A stretch of DNA of 64,000 nt. Origin: Paraspadella gotoi. Lineage: Eukaryota > Animalia > Chaetognatha. A program made the position numbers and the translations under genes. Location of the stretch: assembly GCA_051294375.1 (NCBI GenBank), contig CM119267.1:3398192-3462191 (forward strand). The letters are read 5' to 3'. Positions 54,562-64,000 of the stretch are shown in pieces; within the stretch, counting starts at the first letter, position 1, and every line of letters starts with the position of its first letter. The notes below the pieces were generated by a model. The model made no database searches. It was not told the DNA's origin and saw nothing but the letters and a program-made list of their open reading frames with translations.

Positions 54562-55599
54562 AAATGCCGGAATGTGTATTTACTATTTCACAAAAAAAAC
54601 AACAATCACAACAGTGTAAACATGAAACGTAAACTAAAAGAATTTTGGCATGATAAACTAGTCCATGTGTCATTGTTTCTCGTGACCCGTAACAACGCCG
54701 AGTGTAATTCGTGTTTTGTTTTCCTCTAAAGCAATTATGTACTTGATCAAAAACAAATGTTTTATTGTGATGATTGTAGGGTTGTTGCGAAGGTTTATTC
54801 GTCATTTCTTGATTGGTATTCTTGGGCAAGGCTCTCCCAACATGTTTGACAATGATAGGTTATTTAAATACACTACGTACGATTCACTAATTCACTATTT
54901 TGTCAAGACTTAAAAATTTAACGGCTTTTCAATTCTTATTATTCTTAATTGAGAAACTCTCTGAAAATATTGTTCAATTTAACATTTAATTTGAATCCTG
55001 TGCGAAACTGAATGAATAATTGAACATGGTCAAAACCGGTTGTTTTTGTATCCGGAACTGTTCGCCAAATGTGCAAGTAATAGTAAAATGCACCTCTCGC
55101 TGTGTAATTGGACACGATGTATGGCCGCGTCAAATTTCTAGTCATTCGTCGTAGCTTTTTTCGTACAATAATTAGCTATTTTCGAAATGCGTGTAGTTAG
55201 ACAAATAATCGTTTCGTTTCATTTTTTTTTCCGCTTGCGATAACCCCTCGCTACTGCTGCATCTTGGGAGAAAAAGAAATCAATGGGGCTATCGTTTTGT
55301 GCCTCTCTTGGCAGCTATCTCAAATTTGTTCGTGATTTACTCAAGTTATATTATCTATTGTGCATTTTATGTTATTCTTGTCGAACGGGACACTCATTGA
55401 TTTTGAAACGTCATTTTTATCTCATGTTGTTGATTGTGGCAAATAATCAATTTCGATAGTATACGGAAGTAGTTTCTCGGTTAATTTAATCGCTTAGGGC
55501 AAGGGCAAGTGCAACCAAAAAAACTAAATAAGAAATAAAAACCAATTTAATTTAAAGGGTTTTTTTTTTTTTTTTTTAATCTTGCGTAGAGCGATCGCG

Positions 55600-56926
55600 A
55601 TGTCTTCCTGTTCGTCGGCAAAAAAGCGGCGAGTTTTGCAGCCCACCATCAAGTGCTTCATGAACTCTCACCACTCTACTTCCGGCGAAGACTCCGAGTG
55701 CAATACACCACCCGAGCCACCGTCTCGCGGCCGTTCCGGACCTCGATCTCGACCTCGACACCATCCCAAGACCGATTTTCGATCTCAGCCCCCGATCGAA
55801 CTGTTCATGAACAGCGGTAAGTCCCGGACCGGCGTCGGCGTCGGCGTCGGCGGACAATCCGAGGGTGACAAGGGAGAATCGCGACCTAAAAGTCAGGAAG
55901 ACCCCATCCCTAACGCGCGAGCTGACCCCACCAAAGAAAACTCTAAGGAGAGCACCAACAAAAAGTATCTCTCCAAAGGAGAACAAGCCGCCATGTTGGA
56001 CATTCGGATCAATTCCGAAATAACGGTCTTCATGAAGTCGGTTTGTCTTCGTACTCCCAACATGAGGTACCAGGCGGACATGGATCTTCTCAAGATGATA
56101 ATGGACTTTAATCCTCACCTCAAGAAAGAAGACACGCCTTTTGTTTGGGTAAGATCTTTTCTGATTACCGTTTCCGATTAGGTTTGTCGATTTTAATTAT
56201 GATACCCTCATTGCAGTTGAGGATGCAAAAGGGCCTCTGTGAAATGGGTCTTAAATACCAAGAAGAAATGGAACAACTGAAACGGGAACGTGAAGCCGCG
56301 GCCGCTGCTTCTGTTGCGGCGGCTGCGGCCGCGGCAGCAGCTCGAGCCGCAGCTTTTGAAGCGGAGAACTTCCGTCGACAACAACTATTGGAACAAATGC
56401 GAAGAAATGAGGTGGGTGAATATTTTCAAGGTTTTTTTCTTTTTGCAAACATTTATGGCAATCATGTTGTAAGATGGAAGCGGCTCTCCGTCGCGAGCAA
56501 CTCGCTCACGAAAGGCTGCAGCGCGAGCGAGTCTTTAATCAGCAACTCTACAACGCGGTGCACGACCTGAACAGAGGTCCCTCGTCCGTGCCCCAACTCA
56601 ATCGTCCCCACTGGGACGGGCTGAAGGAGACGATACTCGCTCAAATCGTACAACACGACAAGGACCCGGCGACGCTCGTCAAATTCGTCTACGCCCACTA
56701 TCCGCCCAAGGGTAAAATTAGGATTGACGAGGAAGCGGTCAAACAGATCGCGTTTCTCCAATTCCATCAGGATCCCGAGTCAAAAAAGAGGGTCAAGATG
56801 CTGCTTCTCAAGGTTATTCAGGATTATCATCCTGACAAAGTGAAGGAGGAACATGGTGAGAAGTGGAAAACCATTTCCGAGGAAATCGTCAAACGCGTAA
56901 CAAAATATTACGAAAACCTCAAATAG
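55600..56926 (+). CDS. Uncharacterised protein with disordered N-terminus, poly-Ala/coiled coil and C-terminal J-domain-like HPD module, 3 exons
   Basis: Exons ~55600-56148, ~56217-56411, ~56473-56926; LLKVIQDYHPDK...SEEIVKRVTKYYENLK. Confidence 0.65.
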
Positions 56927-57418
56927 CCCTGTCTTTCCGTCCGTTACTTTCACCTCGTTCATTTGAAATTTGATCACCTCGTCCAAATCCAATCGTTCGT
57001 GAAGTGTTACGAGCTAATCGTGTATCGTTCATAAAATTCTTCGTAAACTATATTATCTCGATTGTTCGTAAATTTATTCCTCAGTAATTCATGGCGTACA
57101 CAACTAGTGATGGTGCTCACTTTTTTATTTCCATCTTGAATCCATGCTAAATATATTGTATTAATAAAAGTGCAATAATCGGTCATATCATTTTATATTT
57201 GACACTAAATCTTACCGAAAAACTAGAGTTTGACAGAGGTTGCTTGATTTGAGAGTTCTGTATATCAACAGCGCCAGGAAAAGAATCGTTTGGTTTGGCG
57301 TGGTTCGTTTATGGCGCCTTTCTGGCGTTGCTTGTTTTAATTAGGTCGCCTCGTTTTATTTTCTGTTTAAGATCTCTTAATACGATTTCTGGTGATATTT
57401 ATGACTTTGGATCGAATC

Positions 57419-59289
57419 ATGAACGATGAGGACGACAAGGGATACTCTTGGGAGACCGAGTACGAGCGAACGTGGGAGGCCGTTCGGGAGGATGACCGCG
57501 GGCTGGTCGCCTCCAGCGTCGAGGATATTATTCATAAGGCCAAGAGACGGTAAATTGTTTGAGGCGTTATTGGGATTCGCATGATGCGCGTCTATTTTGC
57601 TGAGAGATTATCCTCTTCACGACAGACGACTGGAGAACCTCCCTACCAATGTCCGACTGGGGATGATGCGTCACACCTTCGTGGTCATCGATATGTCAAA
57701 GTCAATGAACGACCAGGACTTGAAGCCCACGCGGTTCAAGTGCTGCCTTCGGCTTTTGCAGAAATTCATCGACGAGTACTTCGATCAAAATCCCATCAGG
57801 TAAACTCTCGGTTAACTGACGGAGCGGAAGGGAAGCAAAGTCATTGGGGCGTGATGGATTTTTATTATCTCTCAATTTTCTTTAGTCAAATCGGCTTCAT
57901 TGTCATGCGAAACAAGAGAGCGGAGAGAATTTGCGAGCTATCGGGTAACTCTCGCCAACATCTGACTATATTGGAAAAATTAAAAGACAAGCCGTGCATC
58001 GGCGAACCGAGTCTTCAAAATGCTCTCGAACTTGCCCTCACTACTCTCAAGGTGGTTAAACGGATTACAGTAAAACCCTACTAATCTCACTCAAAACGGT
58101 CTCCCTAAAAAGATTGTTGTTCTTCGCAGCACATGCCGGGTCACACGAGTCGGGAGGTGCTGATCCTGCTCGGCAGCTTGACGACTTGTGATCCCGGCGA
58201 CGTCCAAGAAACGATAGACAATCTCAAGCGTCAAAACGTTCGTTGCTCCGTCATCGGTGGGTGGGGGGATCGTCAATAATAGAATTCGATGAGTTTCCCC
58301 TTTTCACGGATTTTTGTGACTTTCAGGTTTGGCGGCGGAAGTGAGAATCTGCAAATGGCTGTGCGACTCAACGAACGGCGTCTATGACGTCGTCCTCGAC
58401 GAATCTCATTTGTCAGATTTGCTGTTGGCCAGAATTCGTCCTCCGCCGGCCGCTCAACAAACGGAATCTAGCCTGATTCGGATGGGTTTTCCGCAGGTAA
58501 ATTGGATCGATTGGTTAAATGACATTGCCTGGAATTGACCGCAAAGGTTTTCTTTTCTTTTTTATCAGCACACTTTACGGCCGTCACGTCGCGAAACGAG
58601 AAACGGAGAAAGCGGTTCCGAAGATGCCAACTCAAATCCTTCTTCAGTTTGCGCTTGTCATTTGGATTCAAACTCTTATCAGGGTTCGTCTAAAGGGAGT
58701 CGACCGGAGTTTTATAAAAAAAGGCTTTTCTTTCCAGTTCAGCTCTGCAGAATCGATTTCAAGTGCATAAGAGTCAAAAAATAGGAAAATTTCATCTGAA
58801 TATTTTCCTCTCTGTTTCCGATTTTTTTTTTCACTTCCCCCTTTCGATTTTCTGATTTCAGGCCCATCTACCCTGGGCTACTACTGTCCCCAGTGCCGCT
58901 CTAAATACTGCGAGCTTCCCGTGGAATGTCGCGTCTGCTCCTTGACCCTTGTCAGCGCCCCACATCTGGCTCGCTCCTATCATCACCTTTTTCCTCTAGA
59001 GCCGTTCAAAGAGACGGCGGCGCCTCCTCCATCGGCCGGCGCCGCCAAATCGGCTTCCTCGCTCAAACATTCGAACGATTCATCGATAGGTTCTTGCTGT
59101 TTCGCCTGCAGAACCTCCCTTTCCTCCGAGAAAGCCGTTTATCGTTGTGGCAAATGCTTGGGATTTTTCTGCACAGACTGCGACCTTTTCGTTCATCAAA
59201 CGTTGCACTCGTGTCCCAAGTGCGCCTGCAGTCGGGACCAGATGTTGTCGAGCCCGAGGAGAACTCAGAAAAAGGGGAATAGGATTTAA
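57419..59289 (+). CDS. GTF2H2: TFIIH subunit p44 (Ssl1), multi-exon
   Basis: [76 protein letters not shown]. Confidence 0.96.
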
Positions 59290-59884
59290 TCCTTGGCCCC
59301 GATGGCACTAATAGTGAAGGTTCCAGGTTGATGGAATAAGCATTGTGATTGTATGAAATTTTTTAAACACCGGAACGTTGTTTAGTTATTATTTATGCTT
59401 CATGAATTAACCCTAAAGTTTTTATTTCGTTAATAATTGCTTGGTTTATTCTTTTCTAATATCCGCCGATAGGATCGTTTCTTCGTCTTCAATTTTGAAT
59501 TTAAATTAGGCATCAATTTTAGTTACGAGATTTTTCAAAACTATATATTGTTTGATTTTTCCGTGAAAATAGCAAATTTTTTGTAGCGCATTTTAATGAA
59601 GCTATATTCCGGTTTAATCCAAACAAATGTTGAATCAAAATGTTACCTGAACCATTCCATTACTACAAGATTTTACTCTTCAATAAAAACCATTATGCTG
59701 TCATTTCAGTCCAGTTATATCCTTTTATTGGTACGTACCAGTTTCCCATCTATGCACAAGAGTTTGACTAGTAAGAATTTCGCTGTGATACGACGAAAAT
59801 GATCGTTGCCCCACCACCAAATTTTGGCTCCATTACATTTTCAGAATTTGTACGGTTATGAATTAGGAGTGAGGACACATAAGG

Positions 59885-61424
59885 ATGTGGGACTCGATTC
59901 CCGTGAGTGAGCTCGTCGCTCTCGGGCTGGACGTTGGCGTCTTCCTGCTTTTTCGCGCCGTCTTGCGAAGACACGAGCAGATTCTCCGCGACATCAAATC
60001 CGCTCCGCGATTCGCGAGCTACGATGAACTTGAGTCGGCGCTCGTCGAAAAACGAACGGGGCACGATCTCATTGAAGGTGATTGCGAGGGACTCCCCTAT
60101 GCCGTCGTCGAAGGCCGCGTCTACCCTCTCGGAGACCCTATCGTCAGCCAATTTCTCCCCGGCGAATCCGGCGTGATCAAGAAATTTGCCATCAAAGATT
60201 TAAAGATGGAGCGACACAACGGATTGTGGCAGCAGAAAACCGACAACATCCAGGATCACATCCGGAGCGTCCCATTCAAAATTGTTTTCGGCAAAGATTT
60301 GAGGATGGAGAGCGCCGGGCTTCTCCGCGTCGCCTCCGCCAATACTCCGGCCGGCGTCGAGTTTTTAGACTTGGATAAAATCGACAATCCCCTAGACGGG
60401 GAGTTGGACGTAGTATATGACAGATACGAGCCGTCGACGACCGGCTTCGGGAAGGCCTTCTTCGACAGTGTCCGGGGCGATGTATCCAAAGGTATTCAAG
60501 AAACGGAGAAAATGTTATTGATCGGAACTAAAGTGACGGCGTTGGGAAAGCTCTTGGCCAACCGCTCCGACTTGAAGATGCTCTGTCCGTCGAGTCGCTA
60601 CGAATTTATCCTGACGAGAAAGTCCTACGACGAAATTGTCAGAGGGTAAGCTTTCGTGCTAATACAAAAAAATGTAAAGAAAACAGTAAGCACCTTGTAA
60701 TTTTGTAACGCGGTATTTCCGGATCGTAAATATAAGGGAGTGGTCCTTATAATATTTCAAAGGACGTTTCATTTGTATAAAAGTTTTATACAAATGAAAT
60801 TATACCACTTTATTGATAGGGAAGCCATGTACTCTGGAAGTGAATACACTAGACAGTGAAAGTCTTGATTGAAAGCAAGCTGGCTCGTGGCTATTTTATT
60901 ATCTTGAAGGTGGAAAGTCCAAAGTCAGTGCCAAGATAGCTTATTTAATAAATGAATAGATAATTTTTATATTGATTGTACCGATTTCGTACGTACTAGC
61001 ACTGAACCTTTTTTCCAGCTATCAGGACGCGACCGGAATGATTCGCGCCTTTACCTACCTCGTTGGAGCCATCGGGGTCTTTCTGAGCGTCGTCATAACG
61101 AGGCGTGTCTACAAGGAACTAATCGAACGACGCGAATATTCCGTCCTCCTCGGCCAACTCTCGGAAAGACGACGTTCCTCGATGAGCATGGAGCGGACGA
61201 CGAGTCTCGAAAGCGATGCCGTCGCCGTCGTTGAGAACAGGAACGACGACGACGCTTCCCCCGTTCAAGATTGCATAATTTGCATGACGAATCGGCGAGA
61301 CGTCATTCTACTCGGCTGTGGTCACGTCTGCGTGTGTCACGAATGCGCGCGTTTGTTACCCTGCAATCGATGTCCCGTGTGCAGGACTTACATCAACCGC
61401 GTTCAGTCATTTTATATAGCTTGA
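59885..61424 (+). CDS. MUL1: Mitochondrial E3 ubiquitin ligase MUL1-like (GIDE + RING), 2 exons
   Basis: N-terminal TM, PYAVVEGRV, KGIQETEKML, second TM, RING CIICMTNRRDVILLGCGHVCVC..CPVCR. Confidence 0.9.
60733..60990 (+). repeat. Copy of the intronic repeat family in the MUL1 intron, with an internal inverted duplication
   Basis: taagggagtggtc...attgatagggaagcca...gtcttgattgaaagc...gtccaaagtcag...atagcttatttaataaatgaatagataatttttatattg. Confidence 0.85.
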
Positions 61425-61567
61425 AAGAAAAGGAGCCAATTTAAAAGAAACCAGTAAACCCCGTCTGAGATGTTTTAACGATACTCATTCGTGTATTTAT
61501 TTAGAAACGATGATTCTTACCTTTTTAATTTCGTTTAAATAGACTCGTTTAAAAAAATATCGATCCG

Positions 61568-62235
61568 ATGTCTAATGAATCACAAACGGAAGAAATCGAG
61601 GTTCTCAATTCTATTTACGATGGAGACGAAAACTTCAGAAGACAGGACGATCGAAAGTTCCAATACATGGTCAACCACCCGGAGAACGAACACAAAAACT
61701 TTCTCTTGGAAATCGTTTGGGGCGAGAAGTATCCGGAGGAGTTGCCCTGCGTCAATCTTGACGCCTTCTATAACAATCACATCACGACCAACGTGAAAAA
61801 CGAAATCAGGGAAATTCTGTTGAAAGAGGTGATCTAGCCAAAGGCATGACGGATGAATTATTCCTTTTTACTTTTAACAGTAGATTCGTCTCCATCGACT
61901 TTTTTTTCTCCGCGTTTTTCAAGGCAGACGAACTCCTCGGTTGCGCCATGACCTACACTCTCTTCGAATACGCCAAGGAAAACGCGGTGACGCTGACTCA
62001 AGGTCAACCGGAAAAACCCGAACCCACGCACGACCTCGTCACGGCGCCCAAAGCCGAAGAACCGGACAGAATGGCGGCGGAAAAAGAGGCCAAGTCGAAG
62101 ATGACCAAAGCTCAAAAGAGACGCATGTGGGACAAAATGGAGGCCGGGGCCAAAGGCGGAGAGAAACCGCGGGGCTGGGATTGGATGGACATTATCAAAC
62201 ATTTATCGCAAACTGGTCACAAAGACGGAGATTAA
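61568..62235 (+). CDS. RWDD4: RWD domain-containing protein 4, 2 exons
   Basis: EEIEVLNSIYDGDENF, YPEELP, GCAMTYTLFEYAKE, MTKAQKRRMWD, GEKPRGWDWMDIIKHL. Confidence 0.93.
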
Positions 62236-62505
62236 CGATTTATTTCTCATTCCTCGGGTACAAAGTGCCTTAATCTCTTCTTTACTCCTTTGTGCACGGT
62301 GAGCCAAAAAAAAAACCCGATATAGTATTTTAAAATCCTATCGCTCAAGTTTTCTCTCTATTTATTTTTCAAAAAGAAATTATCCAGCCGTTTATTAGAA
62401 AAAAAATTTCATCATAAAAAGTTTTAAATCGGAGTGTAAAATATTTTTTGACTCGCCCTGTTACGATTCCTATCGATTCATAGTTGAAAATTATTTATAT
62501 ACTAT

Positions 62506-63901
62506 ATGGCACTGAGGACGATCAGAAGGGGATGTCTCTATTTAAAAACGTTGAAATTAACCGAAGCGACTCTTTTGAACTCTTTGAGCAATGAAGAGTG
62601 TCTTCGACGGCGCTTCGGTCAGCCCGTCGCGCAAACCCACCCGCATCTCCTTCAGGAGGGCGAGGTCACGCCGGGCATCGACGCCGCCGAGTACAAAAGC
62701 CGTCGAGAGAGACTCGTCCATCAGATTTCCAAGTCGCCCTGCTTTCGAGGGGACAACGATCACGTGATCATCATTCCCTCAGCGGGACTCAAATACATGA
62801 CCAAGGACATTCCTTATTTCTTCAAGCAAAACACCGACTTTCAATACTTTACCGGTTTTCTCGAACCGGACTCTTGTTTGGTGCTGTTCAAGGAAAAAGG
62901 TTCTTTTTGAAATAATATTTTGTTAATGAATTTAAATTAAAAAAAAACAAAAACTCCAAGTCGCGATTCGTTAAATTCAGAATCGACGAAAACCCGAACG
63001 ATTCTCTTCGTTCCCGAGTCTGACGAGACGGCGTTGGTATGGCACGGACCCTGCAGCGGCACCCGCGCCGCCCTCGATCTTTTCGGCGCCGACGAGGCCT
63101 TCAAGAACACGCGATTCGCGAATTTCATCGGTTGGTGGTTTTCTCCTCTTTCGTGTTTCTCTTCTAATTGTTGTCGATAAACTCTCACTCTCTTTCTCTC
63201 TCCTCTTTCTTTGCCTCAGCGGAGCTCAAGACGCGCTCCTCGAAATTCTCCCTCTGGTACGACTTCGTGAAACCGCCTCACCCCGACCTCCACGCCGTCG
63301 TCAACGATCTCGTCATCAATTCCTTTCAAGATTCGATGCACAACCATCGCTCCCTCGTCGACGAGCTCAAGATACGGAAATCGCCCGCGGAAAGAAAAAT
63401 CATGCGGGAGACTTGCTCCGTCGCCGCCAGGAGTTTGCGGGAGACCATTCGCTTTTCTAGTCCTGGTGAGTGAGTAGGTGAGTGAGTGAGTGACAGAGAG
63501 AGAGAAAGAGAATAGATAGAACCGAAAGAGAGAGAGAGAGAGAGAACAGAAAGAGAAATTAAAAGAATTAAAGAAAGAAACTTTAAACGCTTGAAATTTT
63601 TCTCGATCGCTTGCATTCATTCATCGCTTTTGCCAATAAAAGAAATTAAATATTGAATATAAAAGAAAAGAAGATAGACTCAAAGAAAGAAATCAATCAT
63701 TCAGTTAAAGAAAGCATCAATCGTTGAGTAAAGGGCCTAAAGTGCATTTCAATCTTTAGGTTTGCGCGAATCCGTGTTAGAGGCGAAGATGTCGTTAGCG
63801 GCGCAATCGTTGGGCGCCGATCGTCTCTGTTTTCCCTCCGTTGTGGCTTCGGGCGCCAACGCTAACGTCATCCATTACGTACGGAACGACCAAATCATAA
63901 A
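62506..63901 (+). CDS. XPNPEP3: Mitochondrial Xaa-Pro aminopeptidase 3 (Icp55), partial, continues past the window end
   Basis: FGQPVAQTHPHLLQEGEVTPGI, IPYFFKQNTDFQYFTGFLEPD, KSPAE, FPSVVASGANANVIHY. Confidence 0.93.
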
Positions 63902-64000
63902 GGTTTCATTTCGATGTATAAACAAATGTTTGTGTACTTATTGAGATAACTATTCAAGAGTTAAAGCTTTCGATTGGATGAGTTGGAGTGAGAGACTGTG

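Overview
Gene-dense DNA from a compact invertebrate animal genome, with short GT-AG introns, AT-rich introns and spacers, and GC/CpG-rich exons. A ced-11/TRPS-type channel together with NPHP3 suggests a bilaterian that is neither insect nor vertebrate; the exact taxon cannot be determined from the sequence. I reconstruct 27 protein-coding genes. The first 17 (RPL27A, ING4/5, COX5A, PIGB, ABHD18, HLCS, a Mut-7/EXD3-like pseudonuclease, PANK, HADHA, a 3xRRM protein, L2HGDH, BLCAP, a MOSPD2-like protein, BLVRB-like, translin-like, SNAPC1, NPHP3) are all on the minus strand. The last 10 (TRPS, PBDC1, AP2A, BAG1, PTPN11, a J-domain-like protein, GTF2H2, MUL1, RWDD4, XPNPEP3) are all on the plus strand. 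The two blocks diverge from a single ~1.4 kb strand-switch region. Spacers are often only 70-300 bp and have splice-acceptor-like sites just before the ATGs, which points to very long polycistronic, trans-spliced units. Other notable items are an archaeal/algal-type translin with a mitochondrial-like presequence, a solo-LTR-like insert containing a tRNA-like sequence, a TA-flanked MITE, and an intronic repeat family. All family calls come from recognising motifs by eye, not from database searches.
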